Shown here: piece by piece, positions 28,326-37,395 of the stretch
Layout of the letters: each line of letters starts with the position of its first letter
How positions within the stretch are numbered: the stretch's first letter is position 1
Assembly (NCBI GenBank): GCA_964624415.1
Contig: CAZUWR010000001.1
Span: forward strand, 74,114 to 138,113
Source of the DNA: an uncultured Bdellovibrionales bacterium
GTDB taxonomy: Bacteria > Patescibacteriota > Minisyncoccia > Moranbacterales > UBA1568
Direction of reading: 5' to 3'
DNA: 64,000 bases
Program-made: the position numbers and the translations under genes
Notes under the pieces: generated by a model
The model's database searches: none
Told to the model about the DNA's origin: nothing
The model's input: the letters and a program-made list of their open reading frames with translations, nothing else

Positions 28326-29579
28326 ATGTCTATAAATACAAATCAACACAAAATATACCGATCCGTATTTTCGGCATTCACTAAAGGCCTTATTTTGAGC
28401 GCGCTTGTTTTTGGGTATGGAGTATATCCGTTGAGTGTGACAGCTGATAGTGCCGATACGCTGCAATCACAACTGGACGCTATCAATAAGAAAATAAAGT
28501 CATATAGCAGTCTAGTTAATCAGACCCAGCAACAACGAACAATGCTCTCCGGCGAAATCAAATCGCTCGAATCGAATGCTGCTATTTTGGAACAAAAAAT
28601 AGCCGACAGTAAAGAGCAACTCCAAAGTTTGGATGGAGAGATTGGCGGATTGGAAGGAAAAATTAGCGACAAGGAACAGCTTATTATAGCGCAAAAAAAC
28701 CTTCTAAAGGAATTGATGCGTTCATATTATGCCACCACCGGACGGACACGTTTGCAATTCGTACTTTCGACGCAAGAATCCGCTCAATTGCTCAACAAAA
28801 GCGATTGGACTACTGAAACAAGCGTCAAGGTAAAAGAATTGCTCGACAGCATCCAATCCGTAAAAGCCGGCCTTGCCGTGCAGCACGAGAGCCTGCAAGG
28901 TAAAAAGAACGAGGCTGATGCCTTGCGTGCCCAGCTCGAACAGCGTTCCGGATACATAGCCACCACCAAACAGTTTAAGGAATTTTTGGTCACGAAGACG
29001 CAACAACAAGAAAAACAGTACAACAATATCATCGATGATCTTGAAGAAAAGCGTAACGAAATCGAAGATGAATTGAATCAATTGGATGCCGCTAAGACCG
29101 ATCAGCTCGATTTGAGCAAACTTCCCGCATTCAATAAGAGCACGCTGTATTTTCCGGTGGCCAGCCCTCACAGAAGTCAGGGATATGGAAAGGCGACTTG
29201 GACCAAACAATATTCTTTCCACAACGGTGTCGATTTTGCTGATAAAGTCGGTACACCGATTATCGCAGCAGCAGATGGAAGGGTTTTGGCGACAGGGAAT
29301 AACGGAAAGTACGCCTATGGGAAGTGGATTGCCATCGACCATGGTAACGGTTTAGTCACTTTGTATGGGCATTTGAGTTCCCAAAAAGTTTCGAAAGGGA
29401 GTAGTGTGAAAAGAGGGGATATTATAGGCTTAATGGGAAGTACGGGATTCTCAACTGGACCGCATGTTCACTTCACCGTTTTTGCAAAAAATTCATTTGA
29501 CATAGTCCCCTCCACCAAAGTCAGCGGATTAATGCTTCCGACCGGAGCACATGTCAATCCAAATAACTACCTTCCGTAA
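28326..29579 (+). CDS. M23-family peptidoglycan metalloendopeptidase with N-terminal coiled-coil (EnvC/NlpD-like)
   Basis: Signal anchor, long coiled-coil, C-terminal LytM domain (GVDFADKVGTPIIAAADGRV ... GNGLVTLYGHLS ... GFSTGPHVHFTV). Confidence 0.8.
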   Translation: MSINTNQHKIYRSVFSAFTKGLILSALVFGYGVYPLSVTADSADTLQSQLDAINKKIKSYSSLVNQTQQQRTMLSGEIKSLESNAAILEQKIADSKEQLQSLDGEIGGLEGKISDKEQLIIAQKNLLKELMRSYYATTGRTRLQFVLSTQESAQLLNKSDWTTETSVKVKELLDSIQSVKAGLAVQHESLQGKKNEADALRAQLEQRSGYIATTKQFKEFLVTKTQQQEKQYNNIIDDLEEKRNEIEDELNQLDAAKTDQLDLSKLPAFNKSTLYFPVASPHRSQGYGKATWTKQYSFHNGVDFADKVGTPIIAAADGRVLATGNNGKYAYGKWIAIDHGNGLVTLYGHLSSQKVSKGSSVKRGDIIGLMGSTGFSTGPHVHFTVFAKNSFDIVPSTKVSGLMLPTGAHVNPNNYLP

Positions 29580-30268
29580 AAAACATAGACTGTCTCGATT
29601 TCTTTCTCACTCCCTTACATCAAGTGAATCTTTAGGGAGTCTCCTCTGTGCTTTTGCGCCAGCATAAGCAGACCTTCTGTTCTTCGATTGCTCTCTGCGT
29701 GATTTGCTTCATCTTTCAATCCATTGTCATGATTTAAGGCTTATAAGAGGCATAAAAGAGCCAAAAAACGCTCGGGAAACGACCCATTTTAATGGCTTGT
29801 TTAAGCCTCAATATGACGCTTAAAATTGACTTGTGCGGGGCTTTATATTCAAAATGGTATAGGTATACCATCGATATGGCTACAAATTGATGTACATGAA
29901 AGGATGCAGCGCATATTAAAAGTTGAGACCCTATTTTTATGGCACAATAGGAGAGACGATTTCTAGGAGTGGAGGATAGTTATTTCATGTATCACAATTT
30001 CTTTGATAAGAATTAAGCATCAGTACGAATGTGTATTGTATGTAAACAGAAACGTTCAAAAGTACACATACAAAATAAATCTTTTTTAGGCGCATTTATA
30101 TAAGGCAAGGAGAAGGAAGTCCTGAGAAGATACTATGCTTATCATCGAGCATATCTTCAGGCGGTCTGTACAAAATACTATCAGTATAAAGTATCCAAAG
30201 GACTTATTTTCTTGTGTTATGTCGCATAAGTTACATTATGCGACACTGTAAATAAATCCATTTGAAGC

Positions 30269-30310
30269 AAATAATAGACCTAGCAAAAAGATTATATTTG
30301 CTAGGTCTTT
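30269..30310. terminator. Perfect 12 bp palindromic hairpin AGACCTAGCAAA-9 nt-TTTGCTAGGTCT followed by a T-rich tract
   Basis: Seen directly in the sequence. Lies in the ORF-free 1 kb region. Could terminate a + strand sRNA or the minus-strand small ORF upstream of it. Confidence 0.45.
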
Positions 30311-30349
30311 CTTATGCGTATGCTTTATCCTCAACTTTCTATAATGATT

Positions 30350-30472
30350 TTACCAAATTCCAGCAGGAATATCTGTTGTAATATTTGCCAATGCGTTAGG
30401 AAAAAACATTGCAACAAAAATCAAACCCGCCGTTAACCACTCGTACACTTTATACAAAAATTGTACTGACAT
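30350..30472 (-). CDS. Candidate 40 aa hydrophobic small protein
   Basis: AGGAG-N6-ATG ribosome-binding site on the minus strand. Translation: MSVQFLYKVYEWLTAGLIFVAMFFPNALANITTDIPAGIW. Coordinates approximate to within 2 bp. Confidence 0.3.
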   Translation of the reverse strand: MSVQFLYKVYEWLTAGLIFVAMFFPNALANITTDIPAGIW

Positions 30473-30636
30473 TTTTAACTCCTATCTTTATACATTGTCG
30501 TTAAGTCATCCTGTATCGGACACGTGTATCATACACCTATTCTATAAGATTGTCCAGTCTTTCTTGTCATTACTTTCAAAAGCGAAGAATTTACGAAAAA
30601 TCCACTACACTGTTTTGATAAGTAAATTAAATTTTA

Positions 30637-30987
30637 CTAAGCCTTCTTAAATTTGACCGAGAAGAGGGGTTCGTAACGGTTTTGGTACTCATCCATCACT
30701 TCGACCGTCTTGCCGTCCATAAGGGTCGTCATGGCGATATCATTGAGCATCTGTTGCTCGCTTTCCACTTCGTCCTTAAGCTCCTCCAATTCCGCGTAGC
30801 GCTTCCCCATCTGTTCCTGCACGCGGATCTCAATCTGCCTTTTGCGCTCCTTGAGTTTCTTGAGTTCTTCGAGGATCAATTCAAGGTCGTCAGCATTGGC
30901 CAAAGTATCGGCATACTCGCGCTTGATAGTCTTCATATCCTTCTTCATCTCCTGGATGTGATTGAAAATCGATTGCAAATCCTTCAT
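30637..30987 (-). CDS. Coiled-coil hypothetical protein
   Basis: Charged heptad-rich sequence (KDLQSIFNHIQEMKKDMKTIKREYADTL...). The start is at MKDLQS because the upstream ATG at 31080 lies inside the msrAB terminator hairpin. Confidence 0.4.
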   Translation of the reverse strand: MKDLQSIFNHIQEMKKDMKTIKREYADTLANADDLELILEELKKLKERKRQIEIRVQEQMGKRYAELEELKDEVESEQQMLNDIAMTTLMDGKTVEVMDEYQNRYEPLFSVKFKKA

Positions 30988-31039
30988 GGCTTTTTCTTTA
31001 TTATATGGCTTAATTGTCCCCCACCCTTTTGTTTCAAAC

Positions 31040-31097
31040 AAAAAACAGCGGTAAACAACATAACTTTTACAGTATAGCATAACCGCTGTTTTCGTGG
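31040..31097 (-). terminator. Terminator hairpin downstream of msrAB
   Basis: AAAACAGCGG ... CCGCTGTTTT 10 bp inverted repeat. On the minus strand it is followed by ttgtttg. Coordinates approximate. Confidence 0.45.
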
Positions 31098-31104
31098 AAA
31101 TATT

Positions 31105-32280
31105 CTACTCAAACAAAGCAAGATATTTCCCATACCCTTTGGCCTCCATTTGTTCTTTTGGGATGAAGAGGAGGGCGGCGGAATTCATACAGTAGCGCTT
31201 GCCTCCCTGCTCCTTGGGACCATCGTCAAAGACGTGTCCGAGGTGCGAATCGGCATAATGCGAGCGGACTTCCGTACGTGTGGAGAAAAGCCCTTCATCT
31301 TCGTGCAGTGTCACATCATCGGGTTCTATCGGTTTGACGAATGATGGCCATCCGGTACCGGAGTCATACTTGTCGCGCGAGGAAAAAAGCGGTTCACCGG
31401 AAATGCGGTCGACGTAAATGCCATCCGCTTTATTGGTATCGTATTCGTTATTGAAATTCGGTTCCGTACCTTCCTGTTGAGTCACTTTGTACTGCAACGG
31501 GGAGAGTGTTTCTTTGATCACTTCATCGGATGGCTTTTGAAAATGCGTGAAATCGGCGTTCCCGGATGCATCTTTGGTTACCTGCGCGACCGGAGCCTCG
31601 TCATCTTTTGGGACTTTATCGATATGCTTGCTGATAAAAGCATCGCGTCCGGAACCGCCTCGATAGAACTTGTACCGAATCGGGTTTTTTGCGGCGTAGC
31701 CCTGATGATACTCTTCTGCCGGCCAAAATTTGACGCGTGGCAAAACGGGTATGGTAATGGGTTTATCGTATATTCCCTCCGCATTCATTTTTGTGATAGC
31801 GCCTTCTGCGATGGTTTTTTCTTCATCGGTATCGTAGTAGATGGCTGGGGTGTACTGCGCTCCGCGATCATGAAACGATCCTGTGGCATCGGTCGGATCG
31901 CTGTAAAGAAGGATATGCTCGACCAAATGCAGATAGCTGGTTTTGGTTGGATCATAGGTCACCTCGACCACTTCTCGATGACCGCCTTGTGCGTAATTCT
32001 CATAGGTGGGGTTGTCCGTAGTACCACCAGCATAGCCTGAAACGACACTCACGATGCCGGTGAGTTTTTCAAAGTCGGCCTCGACGCACCAGAAGCATCC
32101 TCCGGCAAACATGGCTGTCTTTGTGGTCACGGTAGCAGATGATGACATAGGCGTAGTGTTAGATGATTGATGACGAACCGATACTATTTCTAGCGCGATG
32201 ATAACGAGAGTGATAATGATTCCGAGAACTACCATGCTGCTTTGTTTATATATACGCATAGGCATTGTCTTTATTTCCAC
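31105..32280 (-). CDS. msrAB: Bifunctional peptide methionine sulfoxide reductase MsrA-MsrB with N-terminal membrane anchor
   Basis: MsrA GCFWC motif ([13 protein letters not shown]). MsrB motifs (GTGWPSF, HLGHVF, RYCMNS). N-terminal TM helix suggests an extracytoplasmic enzyme. Confidence 0.85.
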   Translation of the reverse strand: MEIKTMPMRIYKQSSMVVLGIIITLVIIALEIVSVRHQSSNTTPMSSSATVTTKTAMFAGGCFWCVEADFEKLTGIVSVVSGYAGGTTDNPTYENYAQGGHREVVEVTYDPTKTSYLHLVEHILLYSDPTDATGSFHDRGAQYTPAIYYDTDEEKTIAEGAITKMNAEGIYDKPITIPVLPRVKFWPAEEYHQGYAAKNPIRYKFYRGGSGRDAFISKHIDKVPKDDEAPVAQVTKDASGNADFTHFQKPSDEVIKETLSPLQYKVTQQEGTEPNFNNEYDTNKADGIYVDRISGEPLFSSRDKYDSGTGWPSFVKPIEPDDVTLHEDEGLFSTRTEVRSHYADSHLGHVFDDGPKEQGGKRYCMNSAALLFIPKEQMEAKGYGKYLALFE

Positions 32281-32639
32281 AAATGAAGCCAGACTCCCGC
32301 ATAATGTACGACGACGTAAAGGAAAAATATATAACCAAAAACGCCGGCGATCAGTGTGATGGCGACGGTATTGATGATTTCATTGTGCCTGCGCTTCACG
32401 GCATCGAGCGTGCAGATATTTTTGGTGTGACGGAAATACAGCGCAAGCGCGATGGAGATAGCGATCAGTCCTGCGATGCGGAAGTACCACTTATAGTCGC
32501 CGTACAGCGTGTCAGCGAGCGATGAGGCGAAGCTGACGGTTCCGATACCGAAGACAACAAGAATGACCGGCGATAAACAGCATAGCGATGCTATCACTAC
32601 TGGTATACCGCTTATTTTAAAGATTTCTTTTATATTCAT
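32271..32639 (-). CDS. Small MerT-like membrane protein with a TM1 Cys-Cys pair
   Basis: 122 aa, 3-4 [17 protein letters not shown] resembles MerT TM1 (ASACCLGPLVLIALG). A single Cys lies in the following loop. Overlaps the msrAB start by 10 bp. Confidence 0.5.
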   Translation of the reverse strand: MNIKEIFKISGIPVVIASLCCLSPVILVVFGIGTVSFASSLADTLYGDYKWYFRIAGLIAISIALALYFRHTKNICTLDAVKRRHNEIINTVAITLIAGVFGYIFFLYVVVHYAGVWLHLWK

Positions 32640-32728
32640 AGGATGGTTTTTTGCTGATATATCATATCAGTATACCACCCGTGAGAAAGAAGTGCTAATG
32701 GAGGTTTCCAAGAATCTGTCGACGGGCT

Positions 32729-34186
32729 CTAAAGACTTCCGAGATCCAAAGACTCATCGATACGGATCTGCGACCAGAAATCCGGGACGTGGCTGACGAG
32801 TATCATCGTGCCCTGGTATTGGTCGAGTGCTTCCGCGATAACCGGGATGTGACGGAAATTGATATGGTTGGTCGGTTCATCGAGAATCAAAAGCCCCGGT
32901 TTTTCGAGGACGAGCCGCGCGAAAGCAAGCAGTCCTTTTTGTCCTTCGGAGAGGCTTCCGACAGTCTTGGCCAAGAGGTCTCCGGTGAGGAGGAATTGTG
33001 CGGCCGTTTTGCGGATTTCTTCTTCCGCTCCGAAATTGGATGCTTTCTTCAAAACATCGTACGCCGTTTCATCAAAATCGAAGTTGGAAAAATCCTGGCG
33101 ATAGTATCCGATAATCGTGTCGGGAGTGATGATGGTGCGCTCGGAATTACCAGAAGTCAGAGATTCAAGGAAAGTAGTTTTGCCGATACCGTTTGGTCCG
33201 GAAATGAGGAGATGCTGATTTTTTTTGAGCGTCATATTGACCGGGCAGACGGTTGGTTTGTGATCTTTCATAATTTCGACCGTCTTAATCTGCAGGACCG
33301 GTCCGACAATCACCTGTGCCGGTATGGTGAATGGGCGGATAGTTTTGTCTTCGCGCCTCACATCCGCCTTGTTTTCTTCGAGGTCTTCGATGGTGTCGCG
33401 CATCTTCTTGGCGACATTGCGCAGTTTGCCTCCCTTTTGGGCGAAAAAGTTCGCCTGCTCTTTGCGGTGCTTGATGTCTTTTTCCAGACGAGCGTTCTTG
33501 CGCTCCTCCTGCTCGATGCGACGCGCCACTTCTTCCATCACGTCGTAGTAGTTGCCGCTGTACTGGTCGGTCTTATGCGTGAAAATATCCAGATAGACGA
33601 CGCCGTCCGTGAAGGAATTGAGAAAGTCCGCATCGTGGGAAATGACGATACAGGTATTGGGATAATTGAGGATGAATTGGGTGAGGTGTGCGATGCCTTC
33701 GTGATCGAGGTTGTTGGTCGGTTCATCGAGCAAGAGAATATCCGGGTTTTGAATGAGAGCATAAGCCAAAAGCAATCGGGCTTGCTGTCCGCCGGAAAAC
33801 GACCCGATCTTTTTTTCAAGCGGATCTTTTACGGTCAGATTGACCACGTCGAGGGTGTTTTTGATCAGAGCGACGATATTACCGGGAACTTCCGGAAAGG
33901 CGGTCTCAAAAAATTCGCGTACGGTCAATTCGAGTTGTTCTCGTGCGAAGACCTGCTTGGCGATAGCGACGGTCTCATCGGTCGCGATGGAAATCCGTCC
34001 CCCTTCGGGCTTATTTTCACCGGTGATGAGCTTGAACAAAGAGCTCTTCCCTGCCCCATTTTGTCCCATCAGGGTTATTTTTGCCCCGCGACGAACGGAA
34101 AAACTCGCCTCATCCAAGATGGGCTTCTTATGGTCGTATTCAAAGGAGACCTCGTCGAACCGTACAATAGTGGTATCTTTCGCCAT
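32729..34186 (-). CDS. ABC-F family ATPase (two ABC cassettes, no TM domain)
   Basis: Two Walker A sites (GQNGAGKSS, GPNGIGKTT), two LSGGQ signatures, and an interdomain linker of about 70-80 aa. 485 aa. Confidence 0.85.
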   Translation of the reverse strand: MAKDTTIVRFDEVSFEYDHKKPILDEASFSVRRGAKITLMGQNGAGKSSLFKLITGENKPEGGRISIATDETVAIAKQVFAREQLELTVREFFETAFPEVPGNIVALIKNTLDVVNLTVKDPLEKKIGSFSGGQQARLLLAYALIQNPDILLLDEPTNNLDHEGIAHLTQFILNYPNTCIVISHDADFLNSFTDGVVYLDIFTHKTDQYSGNYYDVMEEVARRIEQEERKNARLEKDIKHRKEQANFFAQKGGKLRNVAKKMRDTIEDLEENKADVRREDKTIRPFTIPAQVIVGPVLQIKTVEIMKDHKPTVCPVNMTLKKNQHLLISGPNGIGKTTFLESLTSGNSERTIITPDTIIGYYRQDFSNFDFDETAYDVLKKASNFGAEEEIRKTAAQFLLTGDLLAKTVGSLSEGQKGLLAFARLVLEKPGLLILDEPTNHINFRHIPVIAEALDQYQGTMILVSHVPDFWSQIRIDESLDLGSL

Positions 34187-34272
34187 GACTGTTTCACATT
34201 ATCTAATAGAGTACTCCTCATTATTACACAAAACCCCCTCTTTTGCAACTAAGCGTGGTTGTTTCGGGTAGT

Positions 34273-34310
34273 TTAAAGAGTCTCCTACATTATTGTAGCG
34301 AGACTCTTTA
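34273..34310. promoter_or_regulatory. Perfect 10-11 bp inverted repeat tAAAGAGTCTC-15 nt-GAGACTCTTTa upstream of the ABC-F gene
   Basis: Seen directly, about 90-125 nt upstream of the ABC-F start codon. The 15 nt loop is itself palindromic (ctacattattgtagc). No U-tract follows on either strand, so it is not a classical terminator. Confidence 0.4.
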
Positions 34311-34316
34311 GTGTGG

Positions 34317-34907
34317 TTACTTCGTTGCGTTTTCGATGCGGAGTTCTTTCTCAAAAACTCGCACTGTTTTAAATACCGGTTCGAGCGACCTTTCTTTGTA
34401 GGTCAGAAAAAGAAATCGAACATCGCTTTTAGGAACAATCACTAGATGAAGCGGGATTTCCTGCACTGTATAATTGCCATCAGTGTATCGAGAAATCTGA
34501 TCTTCACTACCATAAAGCGTCAGATCGCCAAGCTTCGGTTGGAAGACTTCGGAGCTGCGAGCTCTTATCTCCCGCTTCGCTTCCAGAGGAAGTAAATCGC
34601 GAGTCCAGATGCTGATCGGTATAGAGATTATTTTATCAGTCATACCTCCCGTAATGGTGAAACCCTCAAAAAGAAATAGGCATGAGTGATCTACTTGTTT
34701 ATCAAGATTAGTATATTCAAATGAAATGAAGGTGTTACTTGTTGGCCTTGCAATTTCAATTTGGTATTGACAAAGACCTTCATTGGTAAGTTTTGCTCGG
34801 TAGCGTTGTAAAACATTTGCTCCATGCAGATAGGTGTAAATAGGTATGTCCATGAGAAATTCTCCTGTACTGTGGTAAAAAGGACTGGGTGCCATGGCAA
34901 AATGCAT
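34317..34907 (-). CDS. Hypothetical protein
   Basis: 196 aa, no recognised domain. An alternative start is at MDIPIY. Confidence 0.4.
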   Translation of the reverse strand: MHFAMAPSPFYHSTGEFLMDIPIYTYLHGANVLQRYRAKLTNEGLCQYQIEIARPTSNTFISFEYTNLDKQVDHSCLFLFEGFTITGGMTDKIISIPISIWTRDLLPLEAKREIRARSSEVFQPKLGDLTLYGSEDQISRYTDGNYTVQEIPLHLVIVPKSDVRFLFLTYKERSLEPVFKTVRVFEKELRIENATK

Positions 34908-35039
34908 GACACTCTATTGAAGCATGCATTGTGTTGTCTGTCAAGAACAGAAAAGAGCCTCCTGGCTATGCTAGGGAGGCTCTTCTGCATAAAGACTGCG
35001 CAACGATACTCGATAGTGTTATGCGACACTGAAAGAGTT

Positions 35040-35453
35040 TTATTTCTTCTTCGCCACTTTCTTGGCAATCTTTTTAGCGATATGCTCAATTGGCGCTTTC
35101 ACTTTTTTGACCGCACGTTTAACGGGTTTCTTGGTTGATTTGACGACGCTTCCCCATTGTTTTTTCAAGAGCTCGGCATACACGGCAATTTCTTCCTTGC
35201 TCACTTTACCGGTTTTGACATAGGCAGCGGATACTTCATCGATAATTTTGTGATACACCGCTTCGGTTACTTCGCCGGCTTCTTCGATTTTTTCAACGAT
35301 GTCAGCCTTCATTTTGATCATCCAGCCCTTGAAATTCTTCTGATGCTTTTTGCCTTCGGGACCGAAGAAATAGTACGTAGCTGCTCCGAGTGCCGCAACC
35401 GATGCTCCCAGCGCGACCATTTTCCCTACCGTGCCTTTGTCTTGCTTTTTCAT
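35040..35453 (-). CDS. YtxH-like protein with Lys-rich tail (paralog 1)
   Basis: N-terminal Gly-zipper TM (ALGASVAALGAATYYFFGPEGKKHQK) as in YtxH (LLAPKSGKETR). Lys-rich C-terminus. Confidence 0.5.
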   Translation of the reverse strand: MKKQDKGTVGKMVALGASVAALGAATYYFFGPEGKKHQKNFKGWMIKMKADIVEKIEEAGEVTEAVYHKIIDEVSAAYVKTGKVSKEEIAVYAELLKKQWGSVVKSTKKPVKRAVKKVKAPIEHIAKKIAKKVAKKK

Positions 35454-35651
35454 ATGTGTATGATTAATTACTTAGTTTCAGAATGCTCTACTAGCAGAGC
35501 ATTCTTCATTATCGCATATAACGTCACATAAAACCAGGATTTGTGCAAGATATCCGAAAAATTGAAGGTTGCGTAGTTGCGTACAGGTACAAAAAATCCC
35601 GATGGAAATACCGGGATTTTTTGAATAGAGTACAGGAAAATAATAATCGCA

Positions 35652-36083
35652 CTACTTCCTCTTCGTCACTTTCTTGACGATTTTTTTAGCGCTTTTCTGA
35701 AGCGGTTTCGCGTTGGATTTAACGGTCTTCTCGACGCTCTTCCACTGGGACTTGAGTTTCTTGGCGAATTGCTTCACTTCTTTTTCTCCGTGTTTGGCAT
35801 AAGACTTGGCGACACTATCGACGATTTCATGATAGGTTTTTGTTGTCATTTTCTCCGCTTTGGAAAGTTTCTTGGTTACATCGGATTTCATTCGCAACAT
35901 CCATTCTTTGGTATCTTTCTGATGCTTCTCACCTTTTGGTCCGAAAAAATAGTATGCACCGGCGCCGAGAGCTGCCACACCCGCACCGAGCGCAACAATA
36001 CTTCCGGTTATGATCCCTTTTTTCTTTGGAGCGGCTTTTTTGGTTGAAACCGCTTTCTTCGTTGCGACTTTGTGTGCTGCCAT
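35652..36083 (-). CDS. YtxH-like protein with Lys-rich tail (paralog 2)
   Basis: ALGAGVAALGAGAYYFFGPKGEKHQK. Clearly paralogous to 35040..35453. Confidence 0.5.
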   Translation of the reverse strand: MAAHKVATKKAVSTKKAAPKKKGIITGSIVALGAGVAALGAGAYYFFGPKGEKHQKDTKEWMLRMKSDVTKKLSKAEKMTTKTYHEIVDSVAKSYAKHGEKEVKQFAKKLKSQWKSVEKTVKSNAKPLQKSAKKIVKKVTKRK

Positions 36084-36132
36084 AATATTATTTATTTTTA
36101 TTTTTTACTTCTGATACTACTAGTATACCACA

Positions 36133-36396
36133 TTATTTTTCTGTTGTTTTTTTGTGTTTCCTTCCGCCGAATATCATTTTAAATATCATACTTTCTCGTA
36201 AGTCAGAGACGAGTTCTTTCGTATCTTCGCTCACGGTATCGATGCCCTGTTCAATTTTTTCGGTAATGCTTCTGACCCTGTGTAAAATCCTGATAATATA
36301 TATCAATCCAATAGCGATAAGCAATGTCAGCACAGTGAACCCGATGGACGAGATGAAAAAAAATATATCCGCGTGTATGAGTGTTTGCGCCTGCAT
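36133..36396 (-). CDS. Small membrane protein, DUF948/YtxG-like
   Basis: 87 aa with an N-terminal TM helix then charged coiled-coil. Sits upstream of the YtxH-like genes, as in the ytxGH arrangement. Confidence 0.4.
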   Translation of the reverse strand: MQAQTLIHADIFFFISSIGFTVLTLLIAIGLIYIIRILHRVRSITEKIEQGIDTVSEDTKELVSDLRESMIFKMIFGGRKHKKTTEK

Positions 36397-36476
36397 AAAA
36401 GAAAATATGAAAGATGATTCTTGCTTTCAGTATAGCAGATAACGGCAATACTGCACAAGACACGCCGTCCATCGAT

Positions 36477-36929
36477 TTATTTTTCTTCGAAGTGTCGCAC
36501 GAATCTGAAAGTCACATACGGGAGTATCGCCATCTGCAGCACCGGCCAAAGACCTGCCTTAGTCCAGAGGAATATCGGCATCATCGGAGTATACGCCCAT
36601 CTGCCGACTGAAAGAGCGGTATATTCTATGAGGATAGCCATTACTATTCCGACAATAACGAGAAAGGTTATTGACATCGCAGTCCACGATCGTATCCAGT
36701 ACGCATTGGAAAAACGCCATGCGCATATTACATAAAGAAGCGCGATAATCAATACATCACCCAAAGCCCCTCTGAAACACGGGATAAAGTGCTGCCAGAA
36801 ACCGGCGTACCCGGCGTAGAACGGCGCTTGCGCATTTTCCCATACGAGATTGAGAAGAAAGCTCGAAACGATAGTGCGGAGTATCAGTGTAACATATTTG
36901 TTTTTCCTATAATTCCAAATAGTATGCAT
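36477..36929 (-). CDS. Integral membrane protein, unknown function
   Basis: 150 aa, about 4 TM helices, Trp-rich. Confidence 0.45.
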   Translation of the reverse strand: MHTIWNYRKNKYVTLILRTIVSSFLLNLVWENAQAPFYAGYAGFWQHFIPCFRGALGDVLIIALLYVICAWRFSNAYWIRSWTAMSITFLVIVGIVMAILIEYTALSVGRWAYTPMMPIFLWTKAGLWPVLQMAILPYVTFRFVRHFEEK

Positions 36930-36956
36930 GGGAGTTTCTGAGCCAAAGGTAATTTT

Positions 36957-37385
36957 TTACTCGAACTTGATGGCGAAATTATACATACCCATCGAACATG
37001 TTCCATTTATGGTTGTACCTGCTGTTTGCGTCGGCACATCGATAAGGGTCTCACCGGTTTGCGGAAGATTTTTTTGGTATTTGATACTCGGGATGCTTAC
37101 TGCTGAAGAGCAATCGAATGTTCCATTGGTGACGACCTTGATAACAGTGGGCATACCCGCCTTGGCCGTAGTAGTTTTTGGCAGATAGCCCCCTTTGGCA
37201 GTGATGGTGATGATTTGCTTGCCATCCACGACGCTCACATTGCTCGGCGCTACAGATACCGAGGTTATCGGTGTTTCCGACGGCGTCAAATCGGATCGCT
37301 TGATATTATCGTGCGAAACAAGAAAGATATTGATCGCGGCGGCGATGATAATGAGTATCACCGCTATCTTAAGAGATTTTGACAT
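36957..37385 (-). CDS. Secreted cupredoxin-like protein (putative copper-binding)
   Basis: Signal anchor, then TFDCSSAVSIPSIKYQKNLPQTGETLIDVP...GTCSMGMYNFAIKF, matching the Cupredoxin_1 pattern (fdCs ... C..MGM). Part of the copper cluster. Start at MSKSLK. Confidence 0.55.
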   Translation of the reverse strand: MSKSLKIAVILIIIAAAINIFLVSHDNIKRSDLTPSETPITSVSVAPSNVSVVDGKQIITITAKGGYLPKTTTAKAGMPTVIKVVTNGTFDCSSAVSIPSIKYQKNLPQTGETLIDVPTQTAGTTINGTCSMGMYNFAIKFE

Positions 37386-37395
37386 AGTATACAGT

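Noticed and set aside
30233-30245. Shared 13-mer ttatgcgacactg also present at about 35018, downstream of a YtxH-like gene.
   Set aside because: It is short, and the contexts otherwise differ: one sits inside a 10 bp hairpin and the other inside a 5 bp one. This could be chance, and there is not enough evidence for a repeat family.
31040-31080. Start of the coiled-coil ORF at 31080.
   Set aside because: That ATG lies inside the stem-loop that most likely terminates msrAB. The internal Met (30987) is preferred, though neither has a good SD.
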